From positions 6,758,001-6,822,000 of the forward strand of contig NC_043012.1 in assembly GCF_006345805.1 (NCBI RefSeq): a stretch of DNA of 64,000 nt. Direction: 5' to 3'. Shown here in pieces: positions 40,903 to 54,120 of this stretch. Below the pieces are notes generated by a model. That model did no database searches and was not told the DNA's origin. It saw nothing but the letters and a program-made list of their open reading frames with translations. The first letter of the stretch is position 1. Each line of letters begins with the position of its first letter. The position numbers were made by a program, and so were the translations under genes. This DNA comes from Octopus sinensis (lineage: Eukaryota).

Positions 40903-41432
40903 ATGATGATGATTCTATCATTAGACTGAGGCCTTGCTGGAGCACGACCTTCAAGAATTTTAGTTGAACAAATTGCCCCCACTGCTTAATTATTAAACCT
41001 GCTACTTATTCTATCGGTCTCTTGGGTCGAACTGCTAAGTTACCAGGACATAAAGAACGCACCAGCACCTTTTGTCAAGTGTGGCAGGTGGGGGACAGAA
41101 ACAAATACACATACAAGCATGGCTGTGTGGTAAGAAGTTTGCTTCCAAAATACAACCCCACTGTGTGGCACCTTGGGCAAGTGTCTTCTATTATAGCATT
41201 GGGTCGACCAAAGTCTCATGAGTGGATTTAGTAGATGAAAACTGTAAGAAGCTCATTGCATATATGTATGTCTGTGTATGTCCCCCATGCAGTGGGACTG
41301 AACCTGGAACCAATTGGTTGGGAAGAAGACTTCTTATCACAGAGCCACACCTTTGCTTATATACATATATATATATTATATGTACGCATATGTGTATGGA
41401 TATATATATATATGCATATATATATGTATATA

Positions 41433-41482
<50 letters not shown>

Positions 41483-42150
41483 CATATATATATTCATATA
41501 TACATATATATATATATATACACAAAATATGCATTCCATAGAATCCATTACTAATCAGCCCCATCACAGCTATACTTTCACCCATTCATATTCTCCCTTC
41601 TCTGTTTTTTTTTTTCTTCTTCTTCCTCTTCTTCTTCACCATCATCATTATCATCATCATCGTCGTCATCATCATCACCACCATCATCATCATCATCTTC
41701 TCTTCTTCTTCTTCTTCTCTTCTTCTTCTTCTTCTTCTTCTTGTTCTTCTTCTTCATCATCATCATCATCATCAACATCGTCATCTTCTTCTTCTTCTTC
41801 TACTTCTCCACCTTCTACCCCTTAACCTTGTCACTGATGTCTTTAAGTATAACGCCTACGCAAATTCCATAAACAATTCCTGAATTGAACTGCGACTACT
41901 GGTCGCCACTGACCATTCAAAATACGACCAACAGGGCTCCCCCAGATTTTCCCACTCCCACCCCCTCTCCACATCAGCGTCCTTCTTCTTCTCCTACCCT
42001 ACCAAGAACTCACAACGACCCTGAACACACAAGTGCAAACAAGGGAGTCAGAGAAAGGCAGAATGCCACTCATATCTGAACACTACTATAGAAATATTCC
42101 TTTAAAAAACTTTTCTTCTAATTTTTCTAAATTTAATTATTTAATCGTTA

Positions 42151-42188
42151 CAGTTGAAAAGGTCTCAAAATGACCGAAACCGGTACTG
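42151..42188 (+). ncRNA. Minimal type I hammerhead motif with U3-A8 covariant core
   Basis: CAG-TTGAAAA-GGTC tcaaaat GACC-GAAA-CCGG-TA-CTG. Confidence 0.65.
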
Positions 42189-42349
42189 AAAGATTCACTA
42201 TAAAATTATTTTAGCATTTTCTATTTTTGACTTGTTTTTTCATATATATCAACTCGTGTGTTCCTTTCCACCCTTATACATATATATATTATATGTACGC
42301 ATATGTGTATGGATATATATATATATATATGCATATATATATGTATATA

Positions 42350-42391
<42 letters not shown>

Positions 42392-43057
42392 TATATACAT
42401 ATATATATTCATATATACATATATATATATATATACACAAATATTGCATTCCATAGAATCCATTACTAATCAGCCCCATCACAGCTATACTTTCACCCAT
42501 TCATATTCTCCCTTCTCTGTTTTTTTCTTCTTCTTCCTCTTCTTCTTCACCATCATCATTATCATCATCATCGTCGTCATCATCATCACCACCATCATCA
42601 TCATCATCTTCTCTTTCTTCTTCTTCTTCTTCTTCTTCTTCTTCTTCTTCTTGTTCTTCTTCTTCATCATCATCATCATCATCAACATCGTCATCTTCTT
42701 CTTCTTCTACTTCTCCACCTTCTACCCCTTAACCTTGTCACTGATGTCTTTAAGTATAACGCCTACGCAAATTCCATAAACAATTCCTGAATTGAACTGC
42801 GACTACTGGTCGCCACTGACCATTCAAAATACGACCAACAGGGCTCCCCCAGATTTTCCCACTCCCACCCCCTCTCCACATCAGCGTCCTTCTTCTTCTC
42901 CTACCCTACCAAGAACTCACAACGACCCTGAACACACAAGTGCAAACAAGGGAGTCAGAGAAAGGCAGAATGCCACTCATATCTGAACACTACTATAGAA
43001 ATATTCCTTTAAAAAACTTTTCTTCTAATTTTTCTAAATTTAATTATTTAATCGTTA

Positions 43058-43095
43058 CAGTTGAAAAGGTCTCAAAATGACCGAAACCGGTACTG
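43058..43095 (+). ncRNA. Second, identical copy of the U3-A8 hammerhead motif
   Basis: Same sequence in tandem unit 2. Confidence 0.65.
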
Positions 43096-43310
43096 AAAGA
43101 TTCACTATAAAATTATTTTAGCATTTTCTATTTTTGACTTGTTTTTTCATATATATCAACTCGTGTGTTCCTTTCCACCCTTATACATATATATATATTA
43201 TATATACATATATATATTTGTCTATGTACTTGCGTGTGTGTTGGTGGATGTGTGTATTTATATCTCAGCATCAGCATCATCGACACTTACCTATATATAT
43301 ATATTGTTTT

Positions 43311-43723
43311 TTTCTCTTACTTGTATCAGTCATTTGACTGTGGCCATGATGGAGCACCACTGTAAAAGATTTTTAGTAGAAGAAATGAACCCCAGGACTT
43401 ATTCTTTGTAAGCCTATTACTTATTCTATTATCTCTTTTGCTGAGCTGCTAAGTTACAGGGATGTAAACACATCCGCATTGGTTGTCAAGTGATGGAATT
43501 GGACAAACAGATGCACATACATAAATACACACACACACACACACACATATATACACATACATACATACAACAGGCTTCTTTCAGTTTCCATCAACCAAAT
43601 CCACTCAAAAGGCTTTGGTCGGCCCAAGCTTATAGTAAAAGAGACTCACCCAAAGTGTCATGTAGTGGAACTGAACCCAGAACCATGTGGTTAGGAAGCA
43701 AGCTTTTTACCATAGAGCCATGC
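43311..43723 (-). mobile_element. SINE family A, full length
   Basis: Homology to other A copies. Confidence 0.85.
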
Positions 43724-43758
43724 ATTTATGTGTGTGTGTGTGTATGTGTGTGTGTGTA

Positions 43759-43807
<49 letters not shown>

Positions 43808-44845
43808 GAAAGTAGGTGGTAATATTAAATAAAAAATTTGATACCAGAATGCTAACTTAGCATTACAAGTTGTGAAACATTTTTATTCGTGTTTCTTTTT
43901 TTTTTTCTTTTTTGGTCCCACAAGATCTCTATAATAAAGAAACAAAGAAACCTTGTGGAATCTACAAAATATTTCTTTTGTATGCATTATTTCTGAGAAG
44001 TCCTTGACGTCTTAGAATTCTGTGCTGTTTGTGAGTGACAAAGAATATTTTTGCCATTCTTAATCTCAACCTATTTATATCATTGATAGATACAAAACAA
44101 CAACAAATACAAAATATAACCAAACATAAAATTAATACATGAAAAAAACAACAAAATAAACACACACGGACAAAAAAAAGAACGATGGTTGTCGGATGGT
44201 TGCAAACTCATTATTATAAAAGTTATGTCTTCAATTTGACAATCTGAGATAAATTCCTCAATAAATAAATAATTATAATAAAAAGATATTTCTTTTTAAT
44301 ATTAATGATGATGATGCAAAACTTTACAACAAAAGATGAATAAAAAAAAATAATGTAAATTTACTTTTCAAAAATGGTATTTTTGACAGGTTTAAAAATC
44401 CCATTCTTTACAAACTGAATCATTAGCATAAAGACTTCAGTGTTAAAGAAATATCTTGAATTATTACCAGATGTCAAAATGACCGAAATGTTTTGGCAAT
44501 CGGAAACGGTGAATAGGGTATCTGCTTTAGTTTTCGGCTTTATTCTTCCTGGTTATCTTTTATAATGATATAATGTTAAACATGGTTGTGTAGTTAAGAA
44601 ATTAGCTTCCCAGCTATGTGGTATTGGTTTCAATCCCACTGCATTGCAGACACCTTGAGCAACTATCTTCCACTATAGCTCTGGGCTGACCAAAATCTTT
44701 CGAGCGCATTTGGTTGACAGGAATTGTAAGAAGCACACTGTATGTATAATTGTATGCATATGTGTGTGTGTATATGTATGTATATATATATATATATATA
44801 TAATACACACACACACACACACACACACACACCCCACACACACAC

Positions 44846-44897
<52 letters not shown>

Positions 44898-44900
<3 letters not shown>

Positions 44901-46121
44901 ATTATATAGAGGAGCTTCTACAGGACTAGAACTGTTTCATTCAAGAGAAATCTTCAGGAAGCTAGTTAACAGAATTGTATTGGCATTTATACATTTAGGC
45001 AGGTTTAATGGGGTGTTGGTGGGGGACTTTTTTGGGGTAGGCATAGCACAAATATCATACTTGGGGGAGTGGTCAAGGAGTCAGTGTTAAATTGATAGAA
45101 GAATAAATAAAAAAATAAAAAAATAAAAAATAAAAAAATAAAATAAAAAAACCTATATATAAAAAAGAGTACGTGCTAAAGAGTGTGCGTGAGTGAATGA
45201 GTGCTTGTTTTCCAGTAGACAGATAAATGGACTGGCTGCCATAGCCAAGATGTTTGTGACCAAGCGGCCAAAGATAACAAAAGTAATAAACAGAAGATAA
45301 TAAAATTAAAATTAGGGAATGGGTCTGTATTAGTATGTGTATATATATGTGTGTATGTGTAGGTTTGCATAGGTACACATATGTATATGTATACATGTAT
45401 GTATATGTATGTATGTGTATATATGTGTGTGTATGTGTATATATGTGTATATAGGGACTAGTGCGCTGTGTGTGCATGTGTGTGTGTGGATATGTGTGTG
45501 TATGCGTGTATGTGAGTATGTGTGTGTATGTGTATATATATTTTTCTGTGCGTATATGTATGTGAGGTCGTGTGTGTATATATACATGTGTGTATACGTG
45601 TATGCATGTGAGTGTGTGTGTGTATACATATATGTGTATGTGTAGATATGTATATGCATGTGTATGTGTAAGTGTATATATATGTATATATATGTGTGTG
45701 TATGTATGTGTGTATGTATATGTATATATGTTTGTATGTGTGTGTATGTATGTATACATGTGTGCATAGGTATAAGTGAGAATCTCCTTATTTACCTAAA
45801 ACTCTATCCCCCCTTTTTTTTTTTTTTATATATAGGTTTTTTTGTTTTTTTTATATATAGGTTTTTTATTTTATTTTTTTATTTTTTATTTTTTTATTTT
45901 TTTTTTATTTATTCTTCATCTAATTTAACACTGACTCCTTGACCACTCCCCCAAGTATGATATTTTGTGCTATGCCTACCCCCAAAAAAGTCCCCCACCA
46001 ACACCCCGTTAAACCTGCCTAAATGTATAAATGCCAATACAATTCTTGTTAACTACTTCCTTGAAGATTTCTCTTGAATGAAACAGTTCTAGTCCTGTAG
46101 AAGCTCCTTCTATATAATAAA
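44898..46121. repeat. ~270-bp inverted repeats (44898-45165 / 45851-46121) around a degenerate TG/TA microsatellite
   Basis: Arms are reverse complements apart from scattered 1-bp indels. Confidence 0.92.
44913..44963 (-). ncRNA. Type I hammerhead motif in the left arm (copy with 1-bp indels at 46055-46105, plus)
   Basis: AGCTTC-CTGAAGA-TTTC tctt GAAT-GAAA-CAG ttctagtc CTG-TA-GAAGCT; perfect 6-bp stem I. Confidence 0.68.
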
Positions 46122-46196
46122 TTATTTTTACTCTGCTATGTATTGAGTACCTTATTTACTGTGGTTAACCCCGAATCAACCCGGGACCTACATATA

Positions 46197-46227
<31 letters not shown>

Positions 46228-47500
46228 GATGGGATTCTTTCAGTTTCTGCCTACCAAATCCACTCACAAGGCTTTGGTCAGCCTGAGGCTATAGCAGAAG
46301 ACACTTGCCCAAGGTGCCATGCAGTGGGACTGAACCTGGAACCATGTGGTTGGGAAGCAAGCTTCTTACCACACAGCCATGCCTGAGCCTGTATTGAAAA
46401 TGTAGTTTCCATGCAGCTTAAGTCTACCTAGAAATCAACATAGACTGTTACATCTGATTCTCTTGTGCTAAAGTCTACAGATCATCATCATCCTTATGGA
46501 ATATCACATCATCAGGTATGGGTATTGATATGTGTAATGATGGGGGGGGGGACGTGGCTCAGTGGTTAGGGTGTTGCACTTGTCATCATAAGATTGTGGT
46601 TTCAACTGTAACATTATTTCATGCAGTAGTCTTCCCCTTTTCGTAATTTACCCAGTACTCTTCTTCACAAAATAACCCCTTCACATGCTTTAAATTAGCA
46701 GTAAAAAAAATGAAAAATGCAAAAACAAAAAAATAAACCAGAAAACCCCACCAGCTGATTAATTTAATTAAACAGCGGTTAATTATGTACTGGTTTATTA
46801 TCTGCATTCAATTATATATTTTTTCATCTAACATGTGCTTCTTTTTAGATATTTCCACAGACCATGATTCCCCCTTTCTGAATTACTAAAGAAGGCAAAG
46901 AATTGTAATAATGGAATTATTTTGGACATTTCATACATCTTCAGTCATGTTTCTGCTCACTGATGATGCAATTTTATCGCAAGAAATAATTTTTATGAAA
47001 ATGTATTTAAATTCTTTGCATTGTTCTTCGTTTAACCCGTTTATTAATCATAATTCTATTGAAATACTCTGGTTTTGGTTTAATTAATTTTGAAATACTG
47101 AATAATTTATTCCAATAACAATGTGGTTGTTAAACTGATGTTGGCAGCAAATTAACATAGGATTTCAACAGAAGATTTTAATTTAGGTATCGCTTTAAAA
47201 TAGGGGATTTGTGTCATAGAAATAGGGGTGATCTTGGGCAGATTGATATCAAAAGGGTTATCTTTCCTATACCTATTTTTTTATCTTTTACTTCTTCTAC
47301 TCTCTGGATTTGCGACCATGCTGGGGCACTGCCTTCAAAAGTTTAGTTGAAGAAAAAATTACCCCAAGTTCTATTTTTTTTAAAACCTTGTACTTACTTT
47401 GTCGGGTGAGCCACAAAGTGTTGGGGCTGTAAACTAACCAACACTAGATGTCAAGCAGTAGTAGGGTGGGGGCAAACAAATACACAGACATAGATATATA

Positions 47501-48392
47501 CACGTGCGGTGAATAAACTGTTGTTTAAATTACACAAAAATGAAAATAATACTGACATCTTATTTTCACAGACATTTTGACCAAAATTACATAAAACTAT
47601 CTTGAAATACTAAAGAGTAACTTTATTCAATAAAATCGCCATTGGCTTCAACCATGACCTCCAGATGACTTTGGAATCCCCTGCAACTCTTCTGGATGGT
47701 CTTCTTGTTTAAGTTGATGAATGCTGCCATACTATAATCCTTGCCTTCAGTACATTTTTGGTGTCATACGGAATTTTGTTGCTCTCTTGCTTAACTGTGC
47801 CCCACATATAATAATCAAGGGGGTTGCAGTCTGGGGAGTTAGGTGGCCAGATGTTTGGGGTTACGTGGTCTCAAAAATTGTCTGACAGCCATGACTGGGT
47901 TCTCTTGCTTGTGTGGCATGGTGCAGAGTTTTGTTGCCAGACATAGGATCTTCTAGCAGCCACCCTCTTGACCTAGGACAGCACTACCTTCTTCATGCAC
48001 TTGATGTAGGCCTTCGTGTTGACTCTGAGGCTGTGTTAGAAGATAATTGGAGGTATAAAGTCGCCATCACTAGTGATCACTCCAAACACCATGATGTTGA
48101 CTGGATGTTTGATTTTTATCACTCTCGGTACATATTCTCAGATTGCACTGTCCTCAGATTGACACCCAAACACTCTGAAATGTTTGTATTGGAGCTTCCA
48201 GCGTGAATGCCAAGCAGTACAGCATGTTGCTTCCAAATTTCTGAAAGAGTGAATTGCATCATGGTGCTGTTTTTCTCACAGACGGTACCCAGCTGACCCT
48301 ACTATACTGTGTAGTTGATAAAATCAAAAACAAACAATGCGCATGTGCAAAAATAAAAATATAAAATGGCAACAATTCACCCATTGCACCCT
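47501..48392 (-). mobile_element. Internally deleted DD37D (maT) Tc1/mariner element
   Basis: WQQNSAPCHTSKRTQSWLSDNF*DHVTPNIWPPNSPDCNPLDY (37-residue spacing; WQQDSAP in the 58.2 kb copy); TIR-like ends in TA context. Confidence 0.85.
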
Positions 48393-50164
48393 ATATACAT
48401 ATATATCTATTTATATACATATATACAATGGGCTTCTTTCAGTTTCCCTCTATCAAATCCACTTTCAAGGTTTTGTTTGACCTGGAGGCTAAGAGAATAC
48501 ACTTGACTCTTGCTCCAGGTGCCATGTAGCAGAACTGAACCCAAGACTACATGATTGGGAAGCAAGCTCTTTAATCACGCAACCAAACCAAGCCTAAGTA
48601 TGTTATTTCTAAGAATAATCAATAAACTTTCTAAACACCCAGCACCCCACTGTGAGCTCCCCACTGTGCCTCCAAAGGGGTGTTAGCAGAAGCTGACCAT
48701 GCTATCTCATTTGCAGACAGTCTGTCTTCCACACTGTATAATGTTTGGTTTTAGAGTAACATTTAGGTGCTGCTATTTCTGGCAGCCAAAGCAACCACAT
48801 AGAGGTCTACATTTTGTCAATATTGTTGATGTTATTGTTTAACCTTCAGTCAGTTCCTACAAAGCATACTCATATTTAAAATCATTCCATTTATGATCAC
48901 TTTGTATTTATTATTTTTTTGTCTAAGTGGAGTGTATTTAGCCTTACCAAAGTGTCCTACCCTGCATCCTTTATTTGAAAGATGTTTGTATGTTTGTATG
49001 TTATTTAAGGGAAATTTGGCTACTATTTCCAATAGACTGAGTAACAAGATAGAAGTTCCTTATTGGGCCACATTTTATTAATGTTGTGGTTATTTTATTT
49101 GATAGGTAAAATAAGATTCAATCCCATTTTGAATATAGTTCCGGGCAGCTGATCACACAACCCTATTTTGAACATAAAGGATGCTGGTGAGGAGGGCTTT
49201 CCTTTATAAATTGCCTACGGAACGTAACTTAATTTAGACATTATGGCTCTACTGATAGAAAGGAAACCACACTCTCTCCTAAACCTTCTTATTGAGTTTT
49301 TCATGATACAATATTGCTGAGATGAAATGCTCTGAATCAATAAATAAATAAATCAATAGAGGTTCTGAATGTTGGCAAATACTAGTTAAAGGTAAGCTGG
49401 GAAGACAAGGGGAGGGGGGTGGAAAGGGATTATTAGAATAAAAAAAAAATTACCCTTAAAAGGCTTCGATCCGTCTTTGTTCTTTAAAATATCAACAGTT
49501 GAATCTAATCTAAATTTACTTTCTGAATTGCATGTCTCGGAGATACTGTGTAAAGAACATGCAGAGTGCAAGCAATATAGTTATTTATTGGTAAACCTAT
49601 AGAAAAAAAAATTGAAAAGAAGAAAAACAAGACAAAAAGTAAACAAAAACACAGGAGGGCGTCTTCCTGCAAATAATGCACCTAATTCAGTTAGCTGGTA
49701 TTTTCAGCCCCTTGTTTTCAAAAGGGATGCTGAGAAAGCTTTAAGGGAAGGAAGAAGAAATAGAAACCCTTTGTTAGCTTGGGAGAATAAACAGTTTAAT
49801 AGAACCCCTGTAATTGCAACCAAAAATCATTTTACATCTAGGGGTTAAACTGAATGTGGTGTTAAATTGCTGACTACATGGTGAGTGAATTGAAACGTTA
49901 ATGGAGTTTTTTTTTTTTTTTAATATTGTGACTTGGATAGCAAAAAAACAGGGTTAATGGTAAGAAGGACTTTGCAATGACAAAAACAGTTGGTCCCAAA
50001 CATCCTTATTATGGGAAAAAATATATCTGTGTTCTACTGTAACCCCAAACTGACCATAGCTTTGCAAGTGAATTTAGTGGACAAACTGAGTTGAAGTCCA
50101 TCGTGTGTGTGTGTATGTATTATATATATATTTTTGTGTGAGTGGTATATATGTATGTATGTAT

Positions 50165-50195
<31 letters not shown>

Positions 50196-50255
50196 TATAT
50201 ATATAATATTATGTATGTATGTGTATTATATATATATATATATATATATAATATA

Positions 50256-50555
50256 AAATAAATATAAGAGAGTGGTCACTATATTGCTCACTCTAGCACC
50301 AGTTATCCAAAAGGTTTCAACCACGAAAATACATGTTTCCCATGAAAGCCAGTACGACTGTTAGCTCACACGGACAGGGCAAGTAAAAAATAATCTGTCC
50401 CAAAATAATCTGTTTTTTTGTTATTTTTTACTTGCCCTGTCCGTGTGAGCTAACTCGTACTGGCTTTCATGGGAACTGTATTTTCGTGGTTGAAACCTTT
50501 TGGATTAACTGGTGCTAGAGTGAGCAATATAGTGACCACTCTCTTATTTTATTTT
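50256..50555. repeat. Fold-back palindrome, ~138-bp arms, ~27-bp spacer (MITE-like)
   Basis: 50256-50393 is the reverse complement of 50421-50555 with a few 1-2-bp indels. Confidence 0.92.
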
Positions 50556-50676
50556 GTAAAAATATTATAATATGTTATAAAATATTATAATAATCCAGGT
50601 TTCTCGTAGCACTAGGCCACTTGGTGTTGAATAAATATACTATTAAATTAGTATCTAATTCTCTCACCCTTATTAA

Positions 50677-50723
<47 letters not shown>

Positions 50724-50743
50724 CATATCTATCTATCTATCTA

Positions 50744-50959
50744 TATTTTTCTACTCTAGGTAAAAAGCCCAAAATTTTGGAGGAAGGAGCTAATTGATTA
50801 GATTGACCCCAGTGTGCAACTAGTACTTAATTTATTGACCCCGAAAGGGTGAAAGGCAAAAATCGATTTTGGAGGAATTTGAACTCAGAACGTAAAGACA
50901 GACGAAATACCACTAAGCATTTTACGTGGTGTGCTAACGTTTCTGCCAGTTTGCCACCA
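50744..50959 (-). mobile_element. SINE family B, full length
   Basis: Homology to other B copies. Confidence 0.85.
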
Positions 50960-50974
50960 TTATATATATATATA

Positions 50975-51440
50975 TCATCATCGTTTAACGTCTGCTTTCC
51001 ATGCTGGCATGGGTTGGACAGTCTGACTGAAGACTGGTGAACCAGATGACTGTACCAGGCTCCAATCTGATCTGGTAGAGCTTTTACAGCTGGATGCCCT
51101 TCCTAACGCCAACCACTCCGAGAGCGTAGTGGGTGCTTTTACGTGCCACTGGTACGAGGGCCAGTCAGGCGGTACTGGTAATGGCCACGCTCAAATGGTG
51201 TTTTTTAAGTGCCACCTGCACAGGAGCCAGTCCAGCGGCACTGGCAACGACCTCTTGAATGTTTTTTCACGTGCCACCAGCACAAGTGCCAGTAAGACAA
51301 TGCTGGTAACGATCACACACAAATGGTACTTTTTACATGCCTCTGGCATGGAAGCCAGTTGGCCGTTGTGGCAACAATCACGCTCAGATGGTACTCTTAG
51401 CGCTCCACTAGCATGGATGCCAGTCATCGAATTTGATTTT
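50975..51440 (-). mobile_element. SINE-like family C with ~5 internal ~63-bp units
   Basis: Homology to other C copies; repeated TTTTACGTGCCAC motif. Confidence 0.85.
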
Positions 51441-51508
51441 GATATATAAATATATATATATATACACACACACACGCACACACACATATATATATATGCA
51501 CACACTTA

Positions 51509-51547
<39 letters not shown>

Positions 51548-51683
51548 CATCGCATGTAAACAAACATAAGTTTTTTTTTATTGAAGTGCTGAAATGTATT
51601 GTAATACAAGTGGAAAGGTATATTTTTCAACGTGTCAGCAACTTGTACTATAGTATATATATATGTATATGTATGTATGTATG

Positions 51684-51757
<74 letters not shown>

Positions 51758-51815
51758 GGTGCAGACTTGGCACCTATATATAGATACACACACACACACA
51801 CACATACATATATAT

Positions 51816-52303
51816 ATGTGTTACCAGTGCCGGTGGCATGTCGAAACTCTACTTGTGAAGACCCGTTGAGGCAAGTGAGGATCAGAATCGAAATCGATCA
51901 ATGGAAATTGCAGATGTGTTACCAGTGCCGGTGGCATGTAAGAGAACCTTCCGTTTCGCGACCGTTACCGCCCCGACTGGCCTCATGCCGATGGCACGTA
52001 AAAAGTACCATCCGTTCGTGTCCGTTGCCAGCCTCGCCTGGCCCTCGTGCCGGTGGCACATAAAAAGCACCATCCGTTCGTGGCCGTTTGCCAGCTTTGT
52101 CCGGCACCTGTGCGGGTGGCACGTAAAAAGCACCCACTACACTCACGGAGTGGTTGGCGTTAGGAAGGGCATCCAGCCGTAGAAACACTGCTAGATTTGA
52201 CTGGGCCTGATGAAGCCTTCTGGCTTCACAGACCCCAGTAGAACCGTCCAACCCATGCTAGCATGGAAAACGGACGCTAAACGATGATGATGATGATGAT
52301 GAT
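51816..52303 (+). mobile_element. SINE-like family C, CpG-rich copy
   Basis: TGCCGGTGGCACGTAAAAAGCACC-type motif at ~51827, 51925, 51986, 52048, 52110; (GAT)n tail. Confidence 0.88.
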
Positions 52304-53954
52304 GAATGTGTTTATGTGTGTTTTTATGTGTGTTTGTCCCCCTACCACAACTTGACAACTGGTGTTCAAGTGTTTCTGTCCCCCATAACTTAGCAGTTTG
52401 GCAAAAAAGACCGATAGAATAAGTATTAGGCTTAAAAAACAAGAATCCTGGGATTGATTTGTTTGACTAAAAAACAGAAAAACTCTTCAAGGCGGTGCCC
52501 CAGCATGGCCACAGTCTAATGACTGAAACAAATGATAAGATATATAATAAAGAAATGATGAAGGATTCTGTTCAAAGAATACTTTACTCATTTATGCTTG
52601 TTTCGAATGATTCGGTTTGCAGCATCTGGTTTCAATTAATCCATTAGTTGATTGATTAATCAACCAATTTGCCGAACGCTTGTCTCCTGAGCCATTCTTC
52701 TCAAAGACTTAAAAGTGTCTGTTTTGATTTTATTTGGAAAATAGCCACAATCGGAACTAGCGGAAGAGTTTAGCTGAAAGCAGACATACAGGTGCAGGTG
52801 TGGCTGTGTGGTAAAGATGCCTGCTTCCCAACTGCATAGTCTTGGGTTCACTCCCAGTGCGTAACACCTTGGGTGAATGCCTTCTACTATAGACCCAGGC
52901 CTATCAAAGCCTTGTGAGTGGATTCTGTTCTTTTAAACCCTGATATTTATCTTATTGGTCTCCTTAGCTGAACTGCTTAATTACAGGGATATAAACAAAC
53001 CAACACTGGCAGGGGGGACAAAGGCACATACATAAGTGTAAATAACAGGCTCCTCAGGTCAACCAAAGCCTTGTGAGGGGATTTGGTAGACGGAAATTGA
53101 AAGAAGTCTATTGTATATATGCATATATCTATGTATGTGTCTGTGTTTGAGTCTGTGTTTGTCACCGTCCCCCACTACCCACCCATCACTACTTGGAAAC
53201 TGGTGTGTTTTATGTTCCCATAACTTAGTGGTTTGGCAAAAGAGACCAATATTACTTGGCTATAGAAAAATAAGTCCTGGGTTTGATTTGTTCAGCTAAA
53301 ACCCTTCAAGGCATTATTCCAGCATGGCCACAGCCATATGACTGAAACAAGTAAAAGAATATATATGATGTTTGAATATATTTATTGTTGTGTTTCGATC
53401 TGCCAAATCGACACACAAAGCTTTGATTGGACCAGGGGTTATAGAACCTAGAGGACATTTACTCGAGGTGCCATGCAGCAGGACTGAACCTAAAGTTCTG
53501 GGGTTGGGAGGTAAACTTCTTAACCACCCAACAATGCCTGTTCCTAATTAGGAATTAATTAATTTAATCCTTTAGCATTCAGATTAATCTACCAAATCAC
53601 GTTGTCTTGAACTAATTATAGCTTTGAGATTTCACTGATGTGATTGCATATTATTACAATGACATTGTAGGGTAGGTTCAAGAAGTTGAATCTGGCCAGT
53701 TTGACCATAAAAAAAAAACAGAATATTATTTGGTTTAAATGTTAAAAGGTTAATGGTTCATAATTTTCATCTGCTCAGACTTACTTTCATGGGCTTTTAT
53801 GCATTTTATCATTGGTTCTATAAAGGCTCCTGACTTTTGTTCTGCATGTTTCTGCAGCCTGCAAGAAATTGCTGCCAAATCTTTCTAAAATTTTACCATA
53901 CTGTCTTTAAAAGGAAGCACACATTGGCCAATGTTGCCTAGATATTCAAAAAGT

Positions 53955-54120
53955 TACAAGTTGTCATAATTTCAACATATTTGCTAATAGGGGCCTTTTA
54001 GGGGTAAACAACAACAATTACGATGACAACAAAAGCTATGACAATGTGTCATCGTAATTGTTGTTGTTAACCCCTAAAAAGCCCCTATTAGCAAAGATGT
54101 TGTAATTATGACTACTTGTA
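53955..54120. repeat. Hairpin with 74-bp arms and 18-bp loop
   Basis: 53955-54028 is the reverse complement of 54047-54120 with a handful of substitutions. Confidence 0.9.

Larger units (their letters stand above)
41356..43179 (+). repeat. Two near-identical tandem ~910-bp units, each with TA, CAT and CTT microsatellites and a hammerhead motif
   Basis: Units 41356-42272 and 42273-43179 differ mainly in microsatellite lengths; a third start at ~43180. Confidence 0.92.

Noticed and set aside
50430-50520. Hammerhead in the 50.3 kb palindrome (GAAACCTTTTGG)
   Set aside because: No CUGANGA core, and U16.1 is absent.
51120-52135. CRISPR-like repeat-spacer array
   Set aside because: Eukaryotic context; the 'spacers' are homologous to each other and lie inside family C elements.
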